Origin: a virus | Lineage: Duplodnaviria; Caudoviricetes | DNA length: 35,825 bases | Strand: one strand, 5' to 3' | Virus record (IMG/VR): IMGVR_UViG_3300026848_000012 | Coordinates: 1 to 35,825 of that record | Shown: positions 1-9,350 of the stretch, in pieces | Layout of the letters: each line of letters starts with the position of its first letter | Position numbering within the stretch: the first letter of the stretch is position 1 | Notes under the pieces: generated by a model | Seen by the model: only the letters and a program-made list of their open reading frames with translations | Database searches by the model: none | Told to the model about the DNA's origin: nothing | Program-made: the position numbers and the translations under genes

Positions 1-1062
1 TTACTCTGCGTTCGGGTCATCCAGTCGATAAGGCTCGAACCTCACCACCTCTTCCCCAACATGCTCGTTGATCTCTCTCATCGTCGCCTGCAGCGGTTCC
101 AGTTCATTGGCCACGAATACCCGCGCCGCTTTCTCGATGTCACCGAAGCCCCCAGTGTTTTGCGGAATGATGCCCATCAACTGCGGCGGTATGCGGTGGC
201 CAGCCAGTTGGTCATCGCGGGTAATGTTCTTAATGGAAGCAAACTCATCCTTGGCGGCCACTTCACTGACCGGGATGATCTGAACGCCGTCCTTCTTCCC
301 CCTGGGTGAATACAGAAACAAATTCCTAAAATTTCCGGGTCCTTTAGATTCCTTCAGAGCCTTACGCATCGCGTCGATGTCTTTCTGATCGTGGGCCGGG
401 TCATTCACATACATGATAAATCCAGCGTGTGAACCGTTCAGGTAGTAGCGGCGGCGGAACAGTGTCGCGCTCTCATTCAACCAGGCGCTTTGCAGGCTGC
501 CGATATAGTCCGGCACACCATAGATCGTCTGGTCTATATCGGGCTCCAACAGGTGGATGGTCCGCCCTTTGGGCAGCTCCACGCGCTCCATATAGTTGGG
601 GTTCCACCAGTACCGATCATTGTCACCTCGCCGCATGTACTTTGACGAACGGTGCTGTAAACCCAGTAAGCGCCCTAGCCGCCCTCTCACCTCCTCCAAG
701 TAACCGTTGCCAAACACCAGGTAATCAAGAGCCACCGCGCTAAAGTCGCGTCGGGGTAGCAGCGGGTGAGGTACAAACGTTTTCAGCAGAATATTCCGCT
801 TCACCTGCATGGCGCTGCCGTGGTGTGGGGTCGCGCGATAGCTCTTGGCCAGAATGCTCAACGGGATCGGCGGCTCGTACCACTCATCCGGCGTCAGCCA
901 AACGCCCTCATACCAAACATCACGCATGCTGGTGACCGGCTCGGGGTCGCCAAACGTGAAGGCCTCCATATGCCCGCTGTCGGTGGCCACCGCTGGGACG
1001 GCCTTGTCAGTCTCATAGGCATACACGCGGTGACGCGGCTTAGCCGCAGCGGTCGTTGTCAT
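1..1062 (-). CDS. Q: Portal protein (P2 gpQ/PBSX family)
   Basis: Motifs YGVPDY, LNESATLFRRRYYLNGSHAGFI, GPGNFRNLF, AAKDEF, HRIPPQLMGIIP; downstream of terminase. Confidence 0.95.
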   Translation of the reverse strand: MTTTAAAKPRHRVYAYETDKAVPAVATDSGHMEAFTFGDPEPVTSMRDVWYEGVWLTPDEWYEPPIPLSILAKSYRATPHHGSAMQVKRNILLKTFVPHPLLPRRDFSAVALDYLVFGNGYLEEVRGRLGRLLGLQHRSSKYMRRGDNDRYWWNPNYMERVELPKGRTIHLLEPDIDQTIYGVPDYIGSLQSAWLNESATLFRRRYYLNGSHAGFIMYVNDPAHDQKDIDAMRKALKESKGPGNFRNLFLYSPRGKKDGVQIIPVSEVAAKDEFASIKNITRDDQLAGHRIPPQLMGIIPQNTGGFGDIEKAARVFVANELEPLQATMREINEHVGEEVVRFEPYRLDDPNAE

Positions 1063-2849
1063 TCGTAGATCTCCATTAGTGATTTACCGGTGCCCTCTTC
1101 GGTAGGGCCGTCAACTGGTTCAAACTTGAGCGCGTGCATAGTGGCCCACGCCAAATCACCGTGCCCGGTGGCTTTGCTACGGCCACTGGTATACGTGAAT
1201 TGGCGCCCGCCTTTGGTAAGTTCTTTTTTGATCGACATGAACGCGGCGGCCAAATCCGACCAGCCCGCATCGAATTCAAGACGCCCTTTATTGATAATCT
1301 GCTGAGCCTGCAAAACCATTTGAGTTTTAAGCTCAACGCTATAGCTATAACGGGTAACGGTTGGAAACCACTTCTCGACATACTCAGCCACCGCCCCACC
1401 AATGCTGGTGGTATCAATCCCGATATGCCCAATGGTGTATTTATCGCGGAACGATTCGATAAACGCCGCTTGGTCTTCATAGTCCTGGCCCTTAAGCCGG
1501 TGGCGTTCAAGTACGCGGTGTTTTTCATCGCGGGAGCGGGCGGGCAAAACCACCACCAACCCGGCACCGTCTCCATCTTCACCCCGGCCAGTTGGGTCGT
1601 AACCAATCCACACCTCACGATCACCAACGGGGCGCGGAGCAAATGGCCGGTAGTCGTCCCACACTTCCCAGCTATCGACCATGCAGCTCTTCATCACGGT
1701 CAGCGGGAACGCGCTCTGGCTATCATCGACAAACCCGCACATCAGCAGGTTGTCGAACTCCTCCGATGAATACTCCATTCGCAGCTGATCGAGGTCGAAC
1801 AGATCACAGCCGCCCTCGATAGCATCCAGCACGGTCACGATCTGCCGCCAGTGCCCATCCGGGCACAGCTTGCCGTTTTTCAGCGCTTCGTGACTGACAT
1901 CAAACTCTTCACGTTCGGATTTTTTGCGCCGCTTGTTAAACAGCTCACCGTTCCAGAACGGGTACCCCTCGTGTCCAACACTCGACGGCGTCGAAAAATA
2001 CGTCTGCCGCCACTTCTTGTGCATCGCCATGCCAGAGGTGACTTTGCGGAACTCGGCAAATCGATGAATCCAAAAGTACTCATCCAGATAAACGTCACCG
2101 TGGTACCCCTGGGCGGTTTTAGAGTTGGTACCCAGAAAGTGCAGCTCGGCACCGTTATCCAGAACGATGGGATCGCCTTTCAGCTCGACATCGCACACCT
2201 CTTTGACGAACTGGACGATGTAATTACGGAAGATATGCGCCTGGGCACGGCTGGCAGAAAGGAAAATCTTATTCCGCCCATGCTTGAACGCATCGACGAT
2301 AGCCTCGCGGGCGAAGTACCAAGTAGCGCCAATCTGGCGGCTCTTGAGAATGTTGCGAATGCGGTGCTTTTGGCCTGCTTCATGCCACACCGCCTGATAT
2401 TCGAAAAGCGAATCCAGAAACGCCGCTTCAAGCGCTTCCACCTGCTCATCATCCAGCGCGTTGCGCCGTGGCTTCTTCTTCGGCCCAGCGTTGCGCGCCT
2501 CGATGTTGGGGTTTAAGTCTCCCTCGCGCCCGGTTTCGTCATACTTCCGAATCCTAGCCAGGCGCTCCAGTTGGCGACCAAGCAAATCAATCTCTTTAAA
2601 GTCGCCCGGCTCTTTTTTCGGCTTGGCCACCAATTGAACTATTCGCGCCTCAAGCGAGTGCTCTACTCGCTCGGTGGGCGTGGCATCTTCCCAGCGGTCG
2701 CGCGCCTTCCAGCTATGCACCGTTGCGGATTTTTCGTTAATCACCTCAGCAATGCGCGCGACTCGCCACCCCTGCCAGTAGAGGTGGCGGGCGGTCATAC
2801 GCGGCGATTCGTCGGCGCTCAATATCGGGGTGGGGGCTGTTGTCGTCAT
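1059..2849 (-). CDS. P: Terminase ATPase (large) subunit gpP
   Basis: N-terminal HTH ARHLYWQGW; Walker A-like LKSRQIGATW; Walker B YLDE; nuclease GYDP. Start moved to ATG 2849 (MTTTAP), just after the late-promoter -10. Confidence 0.95.
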   Translation of the reverse strand: MTTTAPTPILSADESPRMTARHLYWQGWRVARIAEVINEKSATVHSWKARDRWEDATPTERVEHSLEARIVQLVAKPKKEPGDFKEIDLLGRQLERLARIRKYDETGREGDLNPNIEARNAGPKKKPRRNALDDEQVEALEAAFLDSLFEYQAVWHEAGQKHRIRNILKSRQIGATWYFAREAIVDAFKHGRNKIFLSASRAQAHIFRNYIVQFVKEVCDVELKGDPIVLDNGAELHFLGTNSKTAQGYHGDVYLDEYFWIHRFAEFRKVTSGMAMHKKWRQTYFSTPSSVGHEGYPFWNGELFNKRRKKSEREEFDVSHEALKNGKLCPDGHWRQIVTVLDAIEGGCDLFDLDQLRMEYSSEEFDNLLMCGFVDDSQSAFPLTVMKSCMVDSWEVWDDYRPFAPRPVGDREVWIGYDPTGRGEDGDGAGLVVVLPARSRDEKHRVLERHRLKGQDYEDQAAFIESFRDKYTIGHIGIDTTSIGGAVAEYVEKWFPTVTRYSYSVELKTQMVLQAQQIINKGRLEFDAGWSDLAAAFMSIKKELTKGGRQFTYTSGRSKATGHGDLAWATMHALKFEPVDGPTEEGTGKSLMEIYE

Positions 2850-2855
2850 GCCGCC

Positions 2856-2955
2856 AGCGTACCCGCCGCGCGCGAAGCCCACGCCTGCCGTGGCTTGTCT
2901 TACCAACCCCGCACAACGCCAAAGCGTTGAGCCAAACGCGCTACACGCGGAACCT
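2856..2955. promoter_or_regulatory. Divergent late promoters for P and O sharing one activator site TTGT-N14-ACAA (2895-2916)
   Basis: -10-like TACGCT (minus strand, 2861-2856) and GAACCT (plus strand, 2950-2955), each 33 nt from the site; same geometry at V and FI. Confidence 0.8.
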
Positions 2956-2993
2956 GAGCCCACACGAACAGCCACCCGCTCAGGAAGCCCAAC

Positions 2994-3806
2994 ATGCCCA
3001 AGTCATTCCGCGTCGCCACCGAAGGCGCAACCACCGACGGCCGCGAGATCCAGCGCGAATGGATCGAACAAATGGCCGCCAACTACGACCCGAAAAAGTA
3101 CGGTGCCCGCGTCTGGATGGAGCATATTCGCGGCCTGACCGCCGACAGCGTCTTCAACGCCCTCGGCGATGTGCTCTCGGTAGAAGCCCGCGAAGTGGAA
3201 GACGGCAAGCTGGCCCTGTTCGCCGAGATCGACCCCACCGACGAACTCAAGGCGATGAACAAAAAGCGCCAAAAGGTTTACAGCTCCATCGAGGTCAACC
3301 CCAAGTTTGGCGACACCGGCGAAGCGTACCTGGAAGGCCTGGCCGTCACCGACTCCCCCGCTTCACTCGGCACCGAGATGATCAAGTTCAGCCGCGAAGC
3401 GGGCAAAGGCTCACCGCTGGCCAGCCGCAAGCAGCACGAAGGCAACCTGTTCAGCGAAGCGGTCGAAGTCGCGCTGGATTTCAGCGAAGAGAAGCCACCG
3501 GCCGCCGAAGGCCTGAAAGCCAAAATCGCCAGCCTGTTCAAACGCCATGACACCAAAACCACTCAAGGCTTTGAAGCCTTCCGCGCCGAGCTAGAAGGCA
3601 CGCTGGAAGTAGTCGCCGAGCACTACAACGCGCTGGCCGATGAACTGGAAAACCGCCCCACTGCCGAGCAGTTCAGCCAGTTGCAAACAGCTCATAACGA
3701 TCTGAACAAGCGCTTCGAAGACCTATATGCCCAGATCGACAGCACCCCGGACACTCCGCCGCGCACCCCAGCCACAGGCGGTGGCCAACAACTCACCGAT
3801 TGCTAA
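2994..3806 (+). CDS. O: Capsid scaffolding protein/protease gpO
   Basis: FRVATEGATTDGREI, YSSIEV, YLEGLAVTDSPASLGTE, C-terminal LTDC; RBS AGGA. Confidence 0.95.
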   Translation: MPKSFRVATEGATTDGREIQREWIEQMAANYDPKKYGARVWMEHIRGLTADSVFNALGDVLSVEAREVEDGKLALFAEIDPTDELKAMNKKRQKVYSSIEVNPKFGDTGEAYLEGLAVTDSPASLGTEMIKFSREAGKGSPLASRKQHEGNLFSEAVEVALDFSEEKPPAAEGLKAKIASLFKRHDTKTTQGFEAFRAELEGTLEVVAEHYNALADELENRPTAEQFSQLQTAHNDLNKRFEDLYAQIDSTPDTPPRTPATGGGQQLTDC

Positions 3807-3852
3807 GCGCCGCCACCAGCCGCCGCCAAATCACTCATTCAAGGGAAACCAC

Positions 3853-4860
3853 ATGCGCACCGATACACGTAAAGCCCTCAACGCCTTTAAGGCACAGCTC
3901 GCCACACTGAACGGCGTAGAAACTGCCAGCGAGCAATTCAACGTCGTGCCCAGCGTTCAGCAAACGCTCGAAACCCGCATGCAGGAATCAAGCGCATTCC
4001 TGTCCAGCATCAACATGGTCGGCGTCGATGAGATTAAAGGTCAGAAAGTGGGCCTCGGCGTCACCGGCCCCATCGCCGGGCGCACGAACACCGAAGAGAA
4101 AGACCGCGCCACCCGCGACGTCAGCGAACTGACCGACAACAGCTACGAGGCGGTCAGCACCGAGTTTGATACTCACATTCGCTGGGCACAGCTAGATGCC
4201 TGGTCACGCTTCCCAGACTTTCAGGCACGTATCCGCAACGCCATCCTGCAGCGGCAAGCGCTCGACCGCATCATGGTCGGCTTCAACGGCACGTCGGCTG
4301 CAGCGGAAACCGACCGTACCGCTAACCCAATGCTGCAGGATGTGAACATCGGTTGGCTGCAGAAGTACCGCACGCACGCACCCGCCCGCGTACTGTCAGG
4401 CGTCACCATCGGAAAAGGGGGCACTTACGAAAACCTCGACGCCCTGGTGTTCGATGCCGTCAACGAAATGATTGATCCCTGGTACCGAGAAGACACCGCG
4501 CTGGTGGCCATCATGGGCCGGAAAATGTTGGCGGATAAGTATTTCCCGCTGATTCAAGGCAACGCAGAAACCCCAACTGAAGCCCGGGCGCTTGATCTGA
4601 TCATCAGCCAAAAGCGCGTCGGTGGCCTGCAAGCCGTACGCGCGCCGTTCGTGCCTGACGGTGCGGTGATGATCACCTCACTGGCCAACCTATCGCTTTA
4701 CTGGCAGCTCGGCAGCCGCCGCCGCTACGTGCTGGATAACCCCAAGCGCAACCGTCTGGAAAACTACGAATCCAGCAATGATGCCTATGTCATCGAAGAC
4801 TACGGCTTCGGCTGCTTAGTCGAGGGCATCACTGAGTACGTACCTGAGCCGGAAGTTTAA
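3853..4860 (+). CDS. N: Major capsid protein gpN
   Basis: QALDRIMVGFNG, NPMLQDVNIGWLQKYR, NYESSNDAYVIEDY; start set at ATG 3853 after AAGGGA. Confidence 0.95.
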   Translation: MRTDTRKALNAFKAQLATLNGVETASEQFNVVPSVQQTLETRMQESSAFLSSINMVGVDEIKGQKVGLGVTGPIAGRTNTEEKDRATRDVSELTDNSYEAVSTEFDTHIRWAQLDAWSRFPDFQARIRNAILQRQALDRIMVGFNGTSAAAETDRTANPMLQDVNIGWLQKYRTHAPARVLSGVTIGKGGTYENLDALVFDAVNEMIDPWYREDTALVAIMGRKMLADKYFPLIQGNAETPTEARALDLIISQKRVGGLQAVRAPFVPDGAVMITSLANLSLYWQLGSRRRYVLDNPKRNRLENYESSNDAYVIEDYGFGCLVEGITEYVPEPEV

Positions 4861-4869
4861 GGGGAAGTC

Positions 4870-5550
4870 ATGAAAAGCCCAGCCCGTAAACACTTTGAGC
4901 AAGTGACCGCCGCGAAAGCGGCGGGCGCTGCCACCCCAGGCGAGCAGCAACAAGGCGAGCAATACGAGCTCCACGCGCACGCCCTGTATGAGGCCCGCCG
5001 CACCCTCAAAACCATCAAGTCGATCCAGGCCAAGATCGAGAAAAAGCGCGAGCTATTGCCCGACTTCATGCCCTACATCAACGGCGTCTTATCGGAAGGC
5101 AAAGGCGCAAAAGACGACGTGCTTATGACCATGATGGTCTGGTGTATCGACGTGGGCGACTTCGAAAAAGCGCTGGAAATTGGAGCCTACGCCGTGAAGC
5201 ACAGCATCGACACGCCCGACCAGTATGAGCGCGACACCGTCAGCATCCTGGCCGAAGAGATCGCCGAGGGCGTCAAGCTTCAACTGGCAAAAGAAAATCC
5301 CGACGCCGACGCACTGGCCAACGTTATGGCACGCGCTGTGGCCATCGTCGGTGATGCGGATATGCACGATGAGATCAAAGCCAAGGTGCATAAGTACTAC
5401 GGCTACGCCCTACGCGCCGCCGAAGATCCCGAAGGCGCACTCGAGCAGCTCAAGCAAGCGCTATCGCTCAATGAGCGAATTGGCGTCAAGCAAGACATGC
5501 AGCAGCTAGAACGGCAGCTCAAGAACGCAGGCGAAAAGGCCAACGCCTAA
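4870..5550 (+). CDS. M: Terminase small subunit gpM
   Basis: SPARKH start, DDVLMTMMVWCIDVGD, GVKQD; synteny. Confidence 0.9.
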   Translation: MKSPARKHFEQVTAAKAAGAATPGEQQQGEQYELHAHALYEARRTLKTIKSIQAKIEKKRELLPDFMPYINGVLSEGKGAKDDVLMTMMVWCIDVGDFEKALEIGAYAVKHSIDTPDQYERDTVSILAEEIAEGVKLQLAKENPDADALANVMARAVAIVGDADMHDEIKAKVHKYYGYALRAAEDPEGALEQLKQALSLNERIGVKQDMQQLERQLKNAGEKANA

Positions 5551-5577
5551 CGCCCAACCGAGTCGCACCCCGACGGC

Positions 5578-5633
5578 AAGGGGGCATCGCTAAGCAAGGG
5601 CTTTCAGCCTCGCGCGAAGTGATCCACCCCCTT
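5578..5633 (+). other. Intergenic stem-loop between M and L
   Basis: AAGGGGG (5578-5584) pairs with CCCCCTT (5627-5633); inner ATCGCT/AGTGAT and GGGCT-TTC-AGCCT; followed by a T-rich tract. Confidence 0.55.
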
Positions 5634-5654
5634 CTTTCTTAACAGGTGGCCACC

Positions 5655-6128
5655 ATGTTCCCCAACAGCCCCACCCCGCCAAACGCGCCGCCAGAAACAC
5701 CGTTGGAGATCATCGCCAACAACGGCTTTTGGCCGGATATCGACCCCAACGCCTTTCAGGAAGAAGAGCGCATCTTCAAGGTCACGCCGCCGCGCATCAA
5801 GCAATCACTCCGCGCCGCGATGGCCGATGTGAACCGCCAGTTGGCCAACTACCAGCACGCACAGCAGCAAGCCGGGCGCATGGCCTGCGATGCCATCCCG
5901 CCCGAAATCTGGCAAACGCCAGGTGATATTCAACTGCTGTATACCCGCGCCGTTTACGCCCAAGCCCAAGCGGATCTGTTGGAGCGCTACCGCGACGCCT
6001 CCGCCACCGGCAAAGGCGACGAACGCGGCGAAGCCAAGGATCTGGCCGCCGACGACTACCGCGCCGATGCCCGTTGGGCCATCGCTGAACTCGTCGGCCG
6101 CACGCACACAACGGTCGAGCTGATATGA
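5655..6128 (+). CDS. L: Head completion protein gpL
   Basis: NNGFWPDID, YTRAVY, LERYRD, ARWAI, TVELI end; start may be GTG 5646. Confidence 0.9.
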   Translation: MFPNSPTPPNAPPETPLEIIANNGFWPDIDPNAFQEEERIFKVTPPRIKQSLRAAMADVNRQLANYQHAQQQAGRMACDAIPPEIWQTPGDIQLLYTRAVYAQAQADLLERYRDASATGKGDERGEAKDLAADDYRADARWAIAELVGRTHTTVELI

Positions 6129-6340
6129 ACCGCGTCGTGCGCGCCCACCAGGGCGAAACGTTAGACGCCCTGCTCTACCGCGTGTACGGCAGAACCGCCG
6201 CCATTACCGAGCAAACGCTCACGCTCAACCCGCACCTGGCAGAACAAGGCCCGGTGCTCAAAGAGGGAACGCCGGTCACGCTGCCACCGCCACCGGACAC
6301 CCGCGAAACCAAACAGCCACGCATCCAGCTTTGGAGCTGA
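6125..6340 (+). CDS. X: Tail protein X (LysM-like)
   Basis: AHQGETLDALLYRVYG, NPHLAEQGPVL, IQLW end. Confidence 0.92.
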   Translation: MNRVVRAHQGETLDALLYRVYGRTAAITEQTLTLNPHLAEQGPVLKEGTPVTLPPPPDTRETKQPRIQLWS

Positions 6341-6348
6341 GGGAGCCC

Positions 6349-6552
6349 ATGAGCCACCCGTATGAAATCACCACCGAGAGCGTCAAAGCCGCGCCCCCGG
6401 CCGTCGTCTCGCTGCTCCACGTCGGCGGCATGACCCCCGCCGATTGGGTCACGGTCCTCACGCTGCTTTACCTCGCACTACAAATCGGGCTGCTGGTACC
6501 GCGCTACCTCACCCGCCTGCGCACCTACTGGGAGAACCGCCGTGGGTCTTAA
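6349..6552 (+). CDS. Holin (small, hydrophobic; possibly pinholin)
   Basis: Hydrophobic segment DWVTVLTLLYLALQIGLLV, basic C-terminus, directly upstream of endolysin; RBS GAGGGAG before ATG 6349. Confidence 0.75.
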   Translation: MSHPYEITTESVKAAPPAVVSLLHVGGMTPADWVTVLTLLYLALQIGLLVPRYLTRLRTYWENRRGS

Positions 6553-7027
6553 AACCAAACTCGGCGTTAGCCTCGCCGCCGGTGCCATCAGTATCGCCAC
6601 CGCCGTGGTGTCGTTCTACGAAGGGTACGAGCCCACCGCCTACCGCGACCCCGTGGGCATCCCCACCATTTGCTATGGCCACACCGCCACGGTGCGCATG
6701 GGGCAAACGCTCAGCCCAACCGAATGCACCGCCCTGCTGCAGCAAGATCTCGGTCACGCCTTCGCGGTGGTGGATCGCCGCGCACAGGTCGAGCTTCCAG
6801 AGCCCACCCGTGCCGCGCTCGCCTCGTTCGTTTACAACGTGGGGGAAGGCAACTTCGCCCGCTCCACCCTGCTACGCAAACTCAACCGCGGCGACCTACG
6901 CGGTGCCTGCCACGAGCTAAGCCGCTGGGTCTACGCCGGTGGCCGCAAGCTCAACGGCCTGGTGAACCGCCGCACCACTGAAAAAGAGATCTGCTTGGCT
7001 GGCGTAGAACAGGAGGCCACCCCATGA
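6542..7027 (+). CDS. Endolysin, GH24 lysozyme with SAR-like N-terminus
   Basis: E-X8-D-X5-T triad (EGYEPTAYRDPVGIPT), SFVYNVG, GLVNRR; weakly hydrophobic Ala/Gly-rich N-terminal helix. Confidence 0.92.
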   Translation: MGLKTKLGVSLAAGAISIATAVVSFYEGYEPTAYRDPVGIPTICYGHTATVRMGQTLSPTECTALLQQDLGHAFAVVDRRAQVELPEPTRAALASFVYNVGEGNFARSTLLRKLNRGDLRGACHELSRWVYAGGRKLNGLVNRRTTEKEICLAGVEQEATP

Positions 7028-7458
7028 CCCGCCTACTCGCCGCCCTAGCCATCCTGGTGCTCGTGCTGCTAGTCACCTGGGCGCTGTGGCAGCGCACCCA
7101 CGCCGCCGAAGCTCGTGCGGATCTCGCCGAACAGCAGCTCGCCGACTCACGGCAGCGGGAAGAAGAAAGCAAGGTAGTCATTGATGCGCTATGGGAAAAC
7201 GCCATGCGCCTAGAAAGCCAACGCCGCGCGCTGGCCGATCAGCAAGCCGCCCTCACCCGCACCGCCTCTCACCGCTTGGCCACTATCGAGGAACTGCAAC
7301 ATGAAAACGCCACGCTACGCGCTTGGGCTAACACTCCTTTGCCTAGTGCTGTTATCGGGCTGCGCCGCCGCCCCGCCGTCACCGGCGCCGCTGCTTACCA
7401 TCAATCAGTGCGCAACCCCGAGCCCCTGCACCCTGCCAGCGAGCCACCCGCGCAATAA
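7024..7458 (+). CDS. lysB: i-spanin (LysB/Rz-like)
   Basis: N-terminal TM anchor, coiled coil, ENATLRAWANTPLP. Confidence 0.88.
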   Translation: MTRLLAALAILVLVLLVTWALWQRTHAAEARADLAEQQLADSRQREEESKVVIDALWENAMRLESQRRALADQQAALTRTASHRLATIEELQHENATLRAWANTPLPSAVIGLRRRPAVTGAAAYHQSVRNPEPLHPASEPPAQ

Positions 7459-7561
7459 CGGCGAACTGCACCTGCAGCTAGAACGCACCGAAGCCGCCTG
7501 GGCACAGTGCGCCGCCGAAGTCGACGCCATCATTCTTTGCCACCAGGAAGGCACTCAATGA
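7301..7561 (+). CDS. lysC: o-spanin lipoprotein (LysC/Rz1-like)
   Basis: Lipobox LLSGC, Pro-rich, AWAQCAAEVD; overlaps lysB in another frame. Confidence 0.88.
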   Translation: MKTPRYALGLTLLCLVLLSGCAAAPPSPAPLLTINQCATPSPCTLPASHPRNNGELHLQLERTEAAWAQCAAEVDAIILCHQEGTQ

Positions 7562-8043
7562 TCAAACTTCAATCCCTACGCCAACACCTGCTAGCCTCGG
7601 TCGAAGAGCTACGCCGAAACCCCGAGCAGCTCCACACCTTCGTGAACGATGGAAAAGTGAAGTTCGCGCGGGGCACCAACCTGAGCCACCAGTACACCGT
7701 CGATGCTCAAATCATCATCACCGATTACAGCGGCTCACTCGATACCGTCATGGTGCCACTACTGCAGTGGCTCAACACCTACCAGCCGGATCTCATCGAA
7801 GATGAGGCGGTGCAGATCGAGGCCGAAATTCTCAGCAACACCCATTGGGATCTCGCGCTTACCGTTCAGCTCACCGAGCGCGTCGTCGCAAAAGTGGATT
7901 GCAGTACCGGCCGCATCAACGCCGAGCACCGCATGCCCGAGTACCCCGCCGATGCCTGCCCCGCCAAACACTGGCAGCTCTACATCAAGCACCCCGAAAA
8001 CGCAGAACATGACCTGGTGGCGGAATGGGATAGCCCCGCATGA
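7558..8043 (+). CDS. R: Tail completion protein gpR
   Basis: MIKLQSLRQHL, NPEQLHTFV, QLTERV; start ATG 7558 overlaps the lysC stop. Confidence 0.9.
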   Translation: MIKLQSLRQHLLASVEELRRNPEQLHTFVNDGKVKFARGTNLSHQYTVDAQIIITDYSGSLDTVMVPLLQWLNTYQPDLIEDEAVQIEAEILSNTHWDLALTVQLTERVVAKVDCSTGRINAEHRMPEYPADACPAKHWQLYIKHPENAEHDLVAEWDSPA

Positions 8044-8507
8044 GTGACGATCTCGAACAAGAGCTAAAGCAGCTGGATAACTGGCTGACACCGCTCATCG
8101 AAAAGCTGAGCCCCAAAGAGCGTCGTGTCTTAGCGCGAGAAGTCGCGCAGGATCTCCGCATCGCCAACCGCGAGCGCATCAAAGCGCAAACCAACCCCGA
8201 CGGCACACCCTACGAACCACGCAAACAGCTGCGTGGCCGAAGCGGTGCCATACGCCGCAAAGCCATGTTCAAAAAGCTGGGTACCGCCAAGTATCTCAAG
8301 GTGAGGACCAGCGCCGACGAAGCCGCCGTGGAATTTAGAGGGCAAGTCGCACGTATCGCCCGAGTGCACCACTACGGCCTTCGTGATCGCGTCGAGAAAG
8401 GCGGCCCACAGCACCAGTACGCCCGCCGCGAGCTCATCGACATCACCACCAAAGACGCCGACCAGGTGGCTAACAGCGTGCTGAACCACCTCGCCCCACC
8501 TCACTAA
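8040..8507 (+). CDS. S: Tail completion protein gpS
   Basis: QTNPDGTPYEPRK, IARVHHYG, YARRELI. Confidence 0.92.
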   Translation: MSDDLEQELKQLDNWLTPLIEKLSPKERRVLAREVAQDLRIANRERIKAQTNPDGTPYEPRKQLRGRSGAIRRKAMFKKLGTAKYLKVRTSADEAAVEFRGQVARIARVHHYGLRDRVEKGGPQHQYARRELIDITTKDADQVANSVLNHLAPPH

Positions 8508-8515
8508 CCCGCCGC

Positions 8516-8576
8516 TTGTGTAGCAAAGTTCGCACAACGCCCACCGCTACCACATCGCGCGTAAGCCGCGCAGCAT
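8516..8576 (+). promoter_or_regulatory. Late promoter of V operon
   Basis: TTGT-N14-ACAA at 8516-8537; -10-like CAGCAT at 8571-8576, 7 nt before ATG 8584. Confidence 0.8.
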
Positions 8577-8583
8577 GGGCAGC

Positions 8584-9150
8584 ATGAACAACGTCGCCGA
8601 ACTCCTCCGCCTGATTGAAAACCTGATCCGCCTCGGGGCCATTGCCGAGGTCGATCATGGAGACCCCACTGCCAACCCGCCGCAGCCACCCCGCGTGCGC
8701 GTCAAAAGTGGCGCACTGCAGAGCGGCTGGGTGCCGTGGATGAATGGCCGCGCCGGTACTACCCGGGATTGGAACCCGCCCACGGTGGGCGAGCAGTGCG
8801 TGTTGTTTTCACCCGGCGGCGACACCGCCAACGGCTTCGCCATGCCGGGGCTATTCCAAAACGCCCACCCCGCGCCCTCGAATGACCCGGCATTGATTGG
8901 CCGCTGGTACCCAGACGGCACCCGCGTCGAGTACGACCACGACAACCACCGGCTGCTCATTCACTGCGTGGGCGATATCTATCTGGAAGTAGAAGGCAAC
9001 CTCACCGCCAAGGTTACCGGCAAGGCCACGGTCGATGCCGACAGCATCCACCACAACGGCGGCAGCCCCGTGGTCACCACTGCCCACATCTGCCACTTCA
9101 CCGGCAACCCCCACGGCGATGGCAGCAGCACCGTCACGGCAGGCAAATAA
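8584..9150 (+). CDS. V: Baseplate spike gpV
   Basis: ELLRLIENLIRLG, WNPPTVGEQ, YPDGTRVEYD; C-terminal HICHFTGNPH. Confidence 0.9.
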   Translation: MNNVAELLRLIENLIRLGAIAEVDHGDPTANPPQPPRVRVKSGALQSGWVPWMNGRAGTTRDWNPPTVGEQCVLFSPGGDTANGFAMPGLFQNAHPAPSNDPALIGRWYPDGTRVEYDHDNHRLLIHCVGDIYLEVEGNLTAKVTGKATVDADSIHHNGGSPVVTTAHICHFTGNPHGDGSSTVTAGK

Positions 9151-9152
9151 CC

Positions 9153-9350
9153 ATGGCACTCAGCAAAGCGCAGCTTAAAAGCCGCATCGTTCAGGAAATG
9201 AAACAACAGGGAGCCACCGACACCGGTGAACACAGTTGGCTCAACCGCATGGCCGAAGCCATCGCCAATGCCGTAGTGGATGAAATTCAACAGAACGCCG
9301 AAGCACAGGTGGCCTACGGCTCATCATCGGGTAATCACAGGGTGCAATGA
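9153..9350 (+). CDS. Small putative spike-associated baseplate protein
   Basis: 65-aa ORF tightly coupled between V and W; AEAIANAVVDEI helix, GSSSG end. Confidence 0.7.
   Translation: MALSKAQLKSRIVQEMKQQGATDTGEHSWLNRMAEAIANAVVDEIQQNAEAQVAYGSSSGNHRVQ

Noticed and set aside
2850-2975. Extended N-termini for P in the ORF track (likewise N, R, FI, U and the protease)
   Set aside because: Extensions run through promoters or upstream genes; downstream ATGs fit RBS or family N-termini better
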